A DNA stretch of 61,866 nt, filler included, from Choristocarpus tenellus KU-1152 (lineage: Eukaryota > Protista > Phaeophyceae): assembly GCA_964200185.2 (NCBI GenBank). It is 12 parts of 12 records of this genome, joined end to end, with 100 filler letters (N's around TTAATTAATTAA, not from the genome) between each part and the next. Parts side by side here need not be neighbours in the genome. Positions count along the whole stretch, not along the records: positions 1 to 3,572 come from CAXNAD020019184.1; positions 3,673 to 7,394 come from CAXNAD020018300.1; positions 7,495 to 10,378 come from CAXNAD020023938.1; positions 10,479 to 14,471 come from CAXNAD020016767.1; 8 more parts are not named here. The stretch is one strand, 5' to 3'. Below, one piece after another: positions 1 to 10,839 of this stretch. Below the pieces are notes generated by a model. The model saw only the letters and a program-made list of their open reading frames with translations. It did no database searches and was not told the origin of the DNA. A program made the position numbers and the translations under genes. The first letter of the stretch is position 1. Each line of letters starts with the position of its first letter.

Positions 1-463
1 CCCCCCCCTCCCTCAATTAAAGATGGTTTCACCTCACACACAGAATGCGGCTTCCAAAAAACATAACCCTGACCCTAACCCTAACCACCAAAAACTACAA
101 TAAAAAAAAACTATTTTGCATTCAAGTTTGTACCTTTATTAAAAGTTCAAATTACTCTTCATATATATATATGTATACATGCTACCCTTAAAAAAAATCG
201 CCTCCCAAAGAGTTCCAAAACTAAAGATCAATTCAAAACACAAGCTGTCAACTAACCCCACTGCATGAACCTGTCAAGCACACAAGACTGCCGAAAAAAA
301 AAACGATCTGAGGAATCTGGAATTATAAAAAAGGTACAATAAATATTCTAGATATTTACTAGAGGATAAAAATAAGAAAAAATATTCTACAATAGAAACA
401 GACACAAAATTAAATAAAAAAATAAAAAAATCCTCCCCCACATCCCAGCAGAGTTATTCTCAC

Positions 464-3376
464 CCATGCCTCATTGGTGTATCGTGTTACCCGTGCTTGA
501 CAGGTTCTCATTCGCTGAGCCACACGAGGAGCTCCCTGAAAATAATAATAAAAAACCGGCAGTTGATACAAATTAAAGAAAAAGATGTGACTATATTTCA
601 TGTGTAACCAGTTCATATCAACAGTAATGCATATGACACAAAAACAATAGTGAAAACAACAATGATTTGAGGGGTTTGATGGGGGGGGGGGGGGGGGGGG
701 GAAAAAAAAAAAAAAAAAAAAAAAATATTATGGGGGTGGTGGGGGGGGGGGGGGGGGGGGGGGGAGCAGAAAAAGAAAAACAAAGAGACAAAACGAGCAT
801 CGTGTTGCATATAGAAAAAAAGGAACGGTACATAAATACATGTACACATGGGGTGTCACCTATCCTCTCGTAACAGCAAAACTGTTAAAAATAAATAAAT
901 ACACAGTGTCTAGAATAAGCCACCACTCCACAAAAACACATCAAAATATTCTTACAATGATTCTCATCATGAGAGGTAACACACCAACAAAACACTATTC
1001 TCTTTAATACTATTGTTCATACAGCGAAATTTACTGGAAGTTACCTTTCAAGTGTTTCGCTCTTCACAGGGGACAAAAAAAATACAGAAGAAGGGAAGGA
1101 ATAGTGTTTATGCCCGTGGATCATATCAATCGGAATTACAATTTGAATCAAAAACCAAAAATAGTGTGATGATTTCCAATCACACGCTTTCTTATGCATA
1201 TGGGCACTGGTGCCATAGTCGGTGATTCTTCACTTGGTTCTCAACGATCTACACAAACATCGATTGCCTGAACACTCTTCAAAGATTGTCCAGCAGGCTT
1301 GACTCGTAATGCTACTACATACTCACAATAATGCCTTTCTACATACAACACCAGCAGAAGAAGAAAAGAAAAGTGAAAAAAACAAATAAAACAACAAAAA
1401 CAGAACGAAATCGAAAACTTCAACTACTCACTCGCATCTGCACATTTCCAACACAAACCAAAAACTCCCCAATAAAAATCAAAATCAGGCTTGACAAGAT
1501 AGGATGGTCTTAACAAACATCATTCTAGATGATGCATTTCGTCCCCAGGTCAAGTGAACCAATAGTTTGAGGAATATATAACCAAATTAGTTACACTATT
1601 AAACTCTGTTTTGAAGGGACTCAAACAAAGACACGAGGTTGGCGCAAATCCATAAGGAACAGGTCAGATACCTTCTTGTGTAGTGCCTTGTCTCTAGATC
1701 ACACATTCACCGAGTGTGTCCTATCCTGTGAAACTAATCCCCTGTGAAAAGAGCTGAACTGACAGAGGGGTCACTTCACAAGCTACCCAACCAATTTGGG
1801 ACTACTAGAATTACGGTTAAACACGGGGGACTTCCCAATCAATTAACCACAAACTTGATTAAAAAAATAAATAAAACTTATTACATTCACCAGCATATAT
1901 ATAAACTATGTAGCACTACATAGCACCATGTAGCAGTACTTAACAGTACCAAGTAAACAACCCATCACGAAAGAAAAAGAGCGATCTTCAAGGCACCTGA
2001 ACCCTGTTGAGCCCTTGCCCTGTGTTCCTAAGAGAGTAGTTGTTGTCCGGACTGAGTAGGTCCGCTTCCCCATCTGACCAAAAGCCAAGCATGTCGTCCA
2101 CCACCTATGGGCAGAGTTCATTCGTCAAGATCAACCCAAAAAAAACATGCAATTTGCACCATATCATATGGAATAAAAAATAAAAAAGAGACAGCACTTG
2201 ATTCACGTATTGAATAAAAACATTGTGCAATAAATTTTAACAATATATGTATGTGTGTGTGTGTGTGTGTCGCATATAAAAATAAAACATGAATAACAAA
2301 AAAAAAGAGACAGCAAATACGATACACCAATGTATCGTATTGACCAGTGAGACTTGCCCCCCTTGTCAATCATTCTTCAAATACCTTCCAATACATTCTT
2401 CCATCACGCTCAAGAGACAGAACGTTCCATAACCACAATAGTTTGGCTCATTTGCGAAATTGGAAACAAAAAAAGGAAGAACTTGGTCATGAGAGTGCAA
2501 CATAATATCAGCAACACACGTTTGTAGTTAAGAGGGATTGCAACACCACCCATCATTACACTTCAACATTTCTCAAATATATTACTCCAATCTCGAGATC
2601 CGTTACAACAGTCCACATATAAAGTCTCCTTTCAGCACCTGCTCAAACAGTTCGTGCAGGGCTGGGCTATAAATAAATATACACAAAACTGTTAAGGAAA
2701 ATTCTCAGTATATTTCAAGGAAGATCTCGGAACAACAACAAGAGGCATCATGAGTTCGCCCCCCCCCAAAAAATATCATTACCCTTCCTTCACTTATCAC
2801 AACCCGAAACAATCCAGGTGTCAAGATATTTTTTTCTTTATTTTTTTTATCTATACACGCACAAATATTTTCCAGATGCAAACCCACCCCGCAAGCTGTT
2901 TTTGAATCGGCACCGACCAAGAGAAAAAAAAACCATCATAAATATATTTTTTTAAATTACCGGCAACAGACTATTTTCTCCAACTCACCCTCTCAAGGCC
3001 AACACATAATTCTCTCAAAAGTTGAAAAAAAAAAAGCAAAAAAAAACAACAAAAAAACACACACATACACACAAAAAAAGCAAAAAAAAGCAAAAAAAAC
3101 ACACACACACACAAAAAAATGAGAGTAGATAGAGGTGACCCTCTTCTGTCGTACCCCTTTCCGTCCTATCCTACTCCCCCTCCCCCAGCCTCAACAAGAG
3201 CGCATCCACACACCTCTAACCAGAGCAGCAGGGACTGCAGCACGTAGAAGTAGTGCACCCGATGATTGTGAGTCAGACGAGAGCCATACTGCCCGCACCG
3301 AATGTCCAACCCGCCACTGTCATTGCGATTCGGGTCAAACAATGTCTGGAGGAAATGAATCATCCGACGGATGGGC
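464..3376 (-). CDS. DUF2009/UPF0652-family protein, internal exons 3376-3214, 2104-1997, 535-464 (partial)
   Basis: GT-AG exons join in phase to give GSRLTHNHRVHYFYVLQSLLLWLE|VVDDMLGFWSDGEADLLSPDNNYSLRNTGQGLNRVQ|GAPRVAQRM...AW, matching the DUF2009 motifs RLTHxH..YVxQSL.LW and TGQGLNRVQxAP. Confidence 0.85.
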
Positions 3377-3485
3377 CTGCCAACACACATAGGGGAGACA
3401 CTCGAACATGTCACACTAGGTCATATCAAATCATATCAAATCTTATCATTGCCGTATATATCTTCATCGGATACACTGGATCTAT

Positions 3486-3572
3486 GGCTCAAAGTATCTG
3501 GGGGGGGGGGGGGGGTGGACGGTTCATTTGAAGGCCATTTTTCCATGTGGCAATTTTTGGGTGATTTGTTTG
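3486..3572 (+). mobile_element. Sola2-like MITE, poly-G subfamily, one end truncated by contig break
   Basis: GGCTCAAAGTATCT followed by a G-run and the family's internal CATTTG / CATG..GC.ATTTTT motifs. Confidence 0.7.
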
Positions 3573-3672
3573 NNNNNNNNNNNNNNNNNNNNNNNNNNNN
3601 NNNNNNNNNNNNNNNNTTAATTAATTAANNNNNNNNNNNNNNNNNNNNNNNNNNNNNNNNNNNNNNNNNNNN
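3573..3672. other. Artificial contig linker N44-TTAATTAATTAA-N44 (also at 7395, 10379, 14472, 24517, 29518, 36214, 39580, 42347, 45279, 52101)
   Basis: The same 100-nt block with stop codons in all six frames occurs 11 times. Confidence 0.98.
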
Positions 3673-3742
3673 CAAAAAATCGAGACATGAAAAAATCGAC
3701 CCCAAATGGACAGCCACCACCCCCTCCCAGATACTTTGAGCC
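3673..3742 (-). mobile_element. Sola2-like MITE end, poly-G/C subfamily
   Basis: CCCAAATGGAC...CCCAGATACTTTGAGCC, the reverse complement of the end at 7176. Confidence 0.7.
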
Positions 3743-3951
3743 AAGGTAGAAGCAAAGGGAAACAGTGGGAGAAGAGAAGCTACCATGCAAGAAAAGGCCC
3801 AAAGGTAAAACACGGCCTAAGAACAAGATGGGAAGAGACCGAGCAGTTCGAATGAGAGAGACTGTTCAGCATCACCCCACTCTCAAAAGAGCAATAGCTA
3901 CTCTCACACACATGCCGGAGCTAGTGGAGAGACAGAAGAAGATCCCTCAAC

Positions 3952-5229
3952 CCAAGCCCCTTTCAAGTCTTATCTGGCCGTGATTCTCGCACACAGCTGG
4001 ATGCCTTAATACCCAAGTTGGATGGGGACATTTTAGGTTGGAGGAGACCCAAAGTATCTTAGAGGGTAGAGCTGCGTCCATTTGGGGGCCACAACCCAAT
4101 GTTGCGATTTTTATTTAATTTTGGCTATCGTGTTTGTTAGGAAGTGTCAATATCCTTGATCTTGGTGGTAAGCCACAGCTGGTGGAAGATAAGAGGTTGA
4201 CACACCTTTTCATAGCGTATACATTTTACCTATTCTGAAATATTTTCGAGTACGAAAAAATGTTATAATAAAAACTGTGGGAAGCCAAGCGTCAAACGGA
4301 TAAACAGGGCAAAACTCGTACCCTCTAAGATACATTCACTCAGGAATAGATTCCTTCACTGAGCAGCGCAGACAGAATTTCAGAGAGGTATGAGAGGTTC
4401 TGGAGAGACGAATATGTCTGCAAGGCAGAAAACATGGATAGAGCCAACGGTACGATTGCCAGGTCTTCCCCAGGACTGGGATCAAAATCAGGTTTGACCT
4501 CGTTTTAGTGAAGGAAGCAGACAGCTCTATCCATGGGGAAAACTAGGTGAGACAAGAGTGGGCAAGAAGCTAGTTCAAGAAAGATGAAAAGGACTATGGA
4601 CAGTAAAGGAAATTTCACACAAGAGCAGCAGCATGACGATAAAATTGCTAGGTAGGCAAACACGTACACGTAATGTTCGTGAAACTCATGTGAAACCATT
4701 CCACGTAAGAGCCGTCCATTTGAGACATAGCTTCCAAGATTAATACGCCCAAATGGTGTGGGATTCGGACCTAGGTGTAGCAGCAGAATCTTTGGTAGCG
4801 ACACCAATGTATACACTAACAGACAGAGAGGCAGTACTGTCACCATCCAATGTGTTGCATTGGGAGTACAAAGGAAAGTACCAGGATGGACAGTTTTCAG
4901 ATTGGGTAACAGAAACAGAAGCAATGAGCAGGTTCACCCCACTACAGTTGGATGTTTTTCATGCCTTCTGGGAATCCAGACACGAGACCATGCCCAACTG
5001 ACATCCTTCGTCAAGAAAAACTCTTGTCCCTAGAGGATGCAATGCGCCTTTCCCCCGCAGGTATCACTGTCAAGAAGTCGTGGAAAGACAAGAAAGGAAG
5101 AGACAAATAGTACACCGGCACAGTTTTCGACTTCAAGTCACCTTACTGGAGGGTATGGTTTAATGATGGAGACTCGGAGGAATTAAACAAGAGCGACATG
5201 AGTCGCTTCTCCCGAAGATGATCAAATAG
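3952..5229 (+). mobile_element. Degenerate Ty3/Gypsy pol 3' region (end of integrase, GPW-type region, C-terminal Tudor-like domain), interrupted by a MITE
   Basis: Frameshifted peptides SPFQVLSGRDSRTQLDAL, IDSFTEQRRQNFREV, DLVLVKEADS, VKPFHVR, WEYKGKYQDGQFSDWVTETEAMSRFTPLQLDVFHAFW and YTGTVFDFKSPYWRVWFNDGDSEEL, with in-frame stops. Confidence 0.75.
4046..4341 (+). mobile_element. Sola2-like MITE, subfamily A, complete, TSD AGGA
   Basis: GACCCAAAGTATCTTAGAGGGTA...TACCCTCTAAGATACATTCACTC with AGGA on both sides; carries a ~40-bp internal insertion. Confidence 0.9.
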
Positions 5230-5487
5230 GAGCCAAAGTATCTTAGAGGGTAGAGCCGCGTCCATTTGGGGGCCGAGATCCAATGTTGCAATTTTGATGT
5301 AATTTTACCTATCATGTTTGTTAGGAGATGTCGATATCCTTGTTCCGGACACACCTCTTCGTAATGAATACATTTTACCTACTCCAAAATATTTTCGAGA
5401 AGGTAAATTTCATTAGAAACCCGTGGGAAGCCAAGCCCCAAATGGACAAACAGGGAAAAACTCGTACCCTCTAAGATACTTTCACTC
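5230..5487 (+). mobile_element. Sola2-like MITE, subfamily A, complete, no TSD
   Basis: GAGCCAAAGTATCTTAGAGGGTA...TACCCTCTAAGATACTTTCACTC; the flanks ATAG and CTTC differ. Confidence 0.88.
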
Positions 5488-5828
5488 CTTCTTACCAGCC
5501 GCTAATTATTCCGTTAACCCTACCACCTACCTCCCCCTTGCTTCTCAATACTCTATACACCATCTCATGCTTTGTCCAAGTGTCGACAAACGAGGGTTGA
5601 TCTCGTCCTCCATAAAATCTTGGACGATCATATACCGAAGTTCACACCCGATGCTCCTAACCACAACACCAACCCTGAGCCTACCCTAAACACGTGCCAT
5701 GAACTCGACGAATGTCCTGGATCACCACCCCCGCACTCCAACACTAACCATATCCTTACCCTAATACTTACACTGAGCCCATCTGCATCCCGTGCCAACC
5801 TAAAATAGACAAGAGTCTTACCTGAATT

Positions 5829-5980
5829 GGGTCAAAGTATCTTGGGGGGGGGTGTCGGCGTCCGTTTTTCACCCTTTTTTCAATTTTCACTTTTTTGGNN
5901 NNNNNNNNCAAGAAATTGGTTGTTTGGCCGAAACGGACGCCCCCTCACAAACCACCCCCCCCCCCAAGATACTTTGACCC
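5829..5980 (+). mobile_element. Sola2-like element, poly-G subfamily, both TIRs, TSD AATT, internal N gap
   Basis: AATT|GGGTCAAAGTATCTTGGGG...CCCCAAGATACTTTGACCC|AATT. Confidence 0.85.
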
Positions 5981-6279
5981 AATTACTTACCAGTGCCGTC
6001 ATCGACCCTACTTACACCAAACCAACCCTACCTCATCAGGATTTATTCCATCCACTAACCCTAACCCAGAATCAAGGGTTGTATATCTTGAGATACTTCC
6101 AGCGAAACGTACGACAATAGACCTTGACTAATAAGCCTTTGTGAACACATCCAGAATCTGTCGACACATTACATCAAAGAAACAATTGACTAACCCCAAA
6201 GTAAAACCTGACCCTTTCCCCTTCCTTCATGCCAACAACTTTAACCCTAACACCCTGAGCGACAACCCCATTTGTGTAC

Positions 6280-6888
6280 ATATTAAATCCGACACATGCA
6301 AGCTAATAAACGAAATGCTAAATTTAAAACATATTTTTAATTCCTCGTGCACACACCGGGACAACAGGCCCTAACTGATAGTCCTCTTTTCTACATACCA
6401 GACACGACTCATGCAAGCTAATACACGAAAAAACTAACCTCGAAACAGTTCACGGTCTTTTTTCAGTTCCTCGTGCTAGCACTGGGTAACCCTAACACCC
6501 TAATCGACAGCCCTCTTTATGTGCTGACCAAATCCCGCTCATGCAACCAAACAAACCAATAACTAGCCCTGAAACAACCAATGGCATATATCTCATTCTT
6601 CATCCTAACTGTATAACCAACATACACGTCAACATGAGCCTGTTTAAACATATTCGAAATCCGACACATGCAAACGTTGAAACTCCTAACCAAGCTCAAA
6701 TAAATGGTGACATATATTCCCATTCCTCTTGCGTACGCAAGGACAGAAGGGAACCTAACCAACAGTGTTCTTTTCTTGCTGACATTTCAAATCCGACATT
6801 TACGAACTAATCACACCAAAAAGTTAAAATCGAAAAAAGGGTGAAAAACGGACACTGGTACCCCCCCCCCCCCCAGATACTTTGACCC
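6280..6888 (-). mobile_element. Longer Sola2-like element end with ~125-bp degenerate subterminal tandem units
   Basis: 6816-6888 is the reverse complement of 5829-5898; an AAATCCGACACATGCAA-like motif recurs near 6286, 6404, 6529, 6657 and 6789. Confidence 0.6.
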
Positions 6889-7175
6889 CAAAATATTTGG
6901 AGGCGAGTGAAAGCAACTGAGAGGTCAGCAGGTTTGCATTTTAAGGATTCCAATAAAGACAAAAAGGGTTTCATTTTGCAAAATTGCAGAAAGACCTTTT
7001 TGATGAATTCTGGTATTACGTTTTATGTGAAAAGAGGGAATTTCAATTTAGCTTAGGTCATTGTGCATACAAAGGAATGAAGTAGAGTGTATTGTACAGG
7101 ATAAGAAATATGACTTGGATTACCAGATGGTTCAAACCTGCCTACCTGTGGAAAGCATGCTTGTTGGTTGTTGCA

Positions 7176-7350
7176 GGCTCTAAGTATCTGGGGGTGGTGG
7201 CGGTTGTACATTTGGGGCCAATTTTTTCATGTTGCGATTTTTTGGGTGATTTGGTTCCATACGTTGGATGGATAATGAAAAGGCACTTTTTCTGGTTTCT
7301 GTCCAAATGGACACCCTGGTGTAGACCCCCCCCCCCCCCCCCCCCCCCAC
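7176..7350 (+). mobile_element. Sola2-like MITE, poly-G subfamily, right TIR lost in poly-C near contig end
   Basis: GGCTCTAAGTATCTGGGG...CATTTGGGG...CCAAATGGACACCCTGGTGTAGAC(C)n. Confidence 0.7.
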
Positions 7351-7702
7351 CCTTCGTTTCTACCTTTAGTTCTTTCCGGAAAACTCCTATTACANNNNNN
7401 NNNNNNNNNNNNNNNNNNNNNNNNNNNNNNNNNNNNNNTTAATTAATTAANNNNNNNNNNNNNNNNNNNNNNNNNNNNNNNNNNNNNNNNNNNNCAGGGT
7501 TAGGAGACGCAACCAACGAGTGCAGGGAGGTTCACGCCACTGGAGGGAGGGCGGAGGGAGGGCGGGGGGATTTGCTAGGATCAAGATGCTAGCAAGAACT
7601 TTATGTGCGGCGGGGTGGGGGAGGGGGGGGGAGTTGGGGATGAGATGAAGCAACTACAACCGAAGAGCGTATGGCGGAAGGCGTATGTGAGTTGGCATCA
7701 CC

Positions 7703-10363
7703 TGACCCACGAGCTCTGACGAAGTACTGGCCCTTGCATCAGCACCACCTAGAGTAGTAGAAACTCCTGTCAAGACAGTCTCCGTACCTTAAGAGATAGC
7801 GTATTAGGTAGGTAAAACAAACAAAAAATGTAAGTGATGACTGCCTACAAAACGAAATAGCAACACTCCTTGCACACTCCTGATGTTTAAAATACCAGGA
7901 TCATCCCTAAATTGTCAAAACTGTGGAGTACATGTAAACTCAGCCTACAGATTAGCGACATAACCTGGGCAGGGGCTATGGTTAGCATCAGTGCCACTTT
8001 TCCCCTCATCGATACACCAAATACACAATCCTCTAAACACTAGATACGACTTGAACAACCAGTAATCAACAAACGCTTACCTTTCTTTATTGAAGAAGCA
8101 AAAGTCCCACCTTCCACTCAGTGTGTCTTCCACCAAATCAGTCATATACCATGCACTCATCAAGACTAGTATCTGCCTTCATAATACCTACCCAAACTGG
8201 TGTCTACTACTGCTGCTCCTACTGTTCCTACTACTACGGAAAACAGGTTTGTTATCATGCCATTGTTACTGTATACTATAGGTCCCTTCAAAGTTCTTCT
8301 AAAACAAAATGTTCCCACAAAAAGATGAGAATACACTGCACCTGAGCATAGCTTTTTCAGGCGTCCACACCACCCCAGGTTCCCGCTCTCCAAGGCACCC
8401 CTCAAGCTCTTCATAATATCATGAAGGGGAAATGTCAATTGCCAACACCAACAAAGCAAAAACAAACGCGAGGTTCACATGTAATAATGGTTGACAGAAA
8501 ATGCAATGGGGGGGGGGGAAGGGGGGAAGGGGAGGAAAAGAGGGGCAGAGTCTAAACAACAGAGTGCATATCACAAGCAGCCATAGATAAACCACTATTG
8601 ACACATGCACCTACACAGCAGGATTGCAGGGGCAGGGAGGGAGGAAAGGGTACTCACCAGTAGGTCATTCCACAATCCTCTGACTGACTCCCAACCTGAA
8701 ATGCCTGGTCCAGCTTTCGCCTTTCCGAGGAGTCCACTCCCCTCGCCGCCACCCTAACATGAGATGCAACAAATGAAAAGAGTGAACAACAAATAAAAAC
8801 TCAACAATATCAAAAGAACAGACCTGGAACGGTCAGACAACAAAAGAGTATCGACACTCTCCAACGCACAAAAAAAAAGGCATTCCAAGACACCCCACCA
8901 ACAAACACACACCCTCAACACACACCTTATCCCCTCCCAACCAAAACACCAACTCCTCAACCCCATAATCCTGACCCCAACCCTAAAGTCTCCAGTAACA
9001 AAGCACTAACAACACATCCCTAACACACAGTGCCCCCATCGAACAGCCCTAATCCATACCCGGATAGCAGCACCAACAGCTGCAACCACAGCACGCCGGG
9101 CAGAAACCAACACAAGCTCCAGGGAGCCCACTGCAGCAGCTCTACCCTCTCCCCGGCCCCGTCCAGTAGATCCACCCCCCTTCGATTCCCCCATGGCCGC
9201 TGCAATAGCTAGCTTTCTCCTTTCTTCAACCCCCTTAGTACTCTCCGACAAGGACGAAGTGATGCTTGCCACCAAGTGTTGGGGAAGCCCACCCTCCTCC
9301 TGGCAGAGGGGGTTTTCATAATACAGGATCACAGATTCAATTTACGGACTCGATAGACTGATGAGGATCTAGAATCAAGGTTGTCGCAGAGCGTATGTGG
9401 TAGGAACAAAGAACTCGATGTATAGTTGTCTGTTAGGCTTTCGAGGAGAGGAGAGCAGCGCTATTCGGGTTGGTTTCACAATGACGAGAGGGCAGAGGAG
9501 CAAAAGCACAACACAACTGTCAGCATCCAAGCAGCCATCTCATGGAGGGAAGATCACAACAGAGCCACTTCGGTGGAGAGATTTGTTCTATACTCGAGTT
9601 GTTGCCTGCCTTCCCCAACATCCCCCGAAGCGGTTATATGGACAGGCATCCAAGTGACAAATTTCTCCAGCAGCCGGTGCCAGCAGAATACACACGCCAA
9701 CCATACAGCATTATCCACGCATATCCCAAAACTAGCAAATGATTGGACCACAAACAAAGACAAACAAATCTACTACAACGTCGTTTAAATGATCACCACA
9801 TACCTCTACCACACTCACAACTCTAAAATCCAACCGCCACCTCAACTTTCAACAGTACTTACAAACCTTACCCTCCACCTCCTGCCCCACTCCGTTTCAA
9901 AACTATCTCTTATCTCATTTGCTCTTCAATACAACACCACCACTCTACACCACACCTGTAGCCAACCGGAAATCTCCCCATCAAACCCCACCTTACTCAA
10001 AAAGGGAATAAGTACAAACCATACCTCCACCACCCTCAGGAGTCCATCCAGCAGGCCTTCTACCTCTCTTACCCCCGATGAAATCTCTGCACTGACCCCA
10101 GCAGCAACATATGGGTCAAGCCCCCCTCCCACCCCCCCCTCCTCCCTGGTCTCAACCCCCTCTCCCTGGTAACCCTCTGAAGCAGGAGGAAGAGCAGTTT
10201 CTGCAAGAACTAACAGGGCTTGACCCGCTGCTTTTGCAATTGACCTGGAGGCGTTCGCCTCCCCACCAAAACGTGCACAAGCCTCCAAGACCGAAGCAAG
10301 GTCTTGATGCTGGGGAGGGGGGGTACGGGTAGGGTCATCACCCTCTCCTTCATCTGCATCAAC
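7703..10363 (-). CDS. Uncharacterised protein, internal exons 10363-10025, 9299-9060, 8753-8658, 8408-8342, 7787-~7703
   Basis: Five GT-AG exons with compatible phases (0,0,0,1) and open frames; Ala/Gly/Leu/Glu-rich; no recognisable domain. Confidence 0.65.
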
Positions 10364-10478
10364 CTGTTTAGGCTGGGGNNNNNNNNNNNNNNNNNNNNNN
10401 NNNNNNNNNNNNNNNNNNNNNNTTAATTAATTAANNNNNNNNNNNNNNNNNNNNNNNNNNNNNNNNNNNNNNNNNNNN

Positions 10479-10501
10479 GTCAAAGTATCTGGGGGGGGGG
10501 G
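10479..10501 (+). mobile_element. Sola2-like TIR fragment at contig start
   Basis: GTCAAAGTATCT followed by a G-run. Confidence 0.55.
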
Positions 10502-10839
10502 TTATTACCATCAGGGTTTAGGGTTAGGAAAAGATTTAAAGGTGAAGTATAATTTGAACAAAATCATAAATTTATCAAGTATCAGACTTGACTGTGTACA
10601 AAGATTTAATCAATACCTGTACTGTAATTCCACTAGGTCACTAGGTGTACATGACACCTCTCATGCATCATGATTTTTTCATACAAAATAGTTCCCTGCA
10701 GCAAGGTGTGCTGCAATTTCCTTGGTGCTTAACTTACTCCCAACTCCTCTCCTTCCATTGTTGCAATACATCCCTCCCCTTTGCTCTCTATTTGTTGGTG
10801 TGAAGTCAAACAGTGCAGACCAAAACTGTTCCATCTCAG

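Noticed and set aside
613-873. Poly-Pro/Gly/Lys/Phe ORFs
   Set aside because: Homopolymer runs inside a DUF2009 intron, possibly with local misassembly.
3486-3742. One MITE spanning the linker (also 51986-52403 and 42287-42510)
   Set aside because: The pieces lie on separate contigs and are the same end inverted, overlapping non-identical segments, or different subfamilies.
8409-8441. Non-canonical CAA splice acceptor at 8439-8441
   Set aside because: A canonical in-phase AAG acceptor lies 30 nt downstream (exon start 8408).
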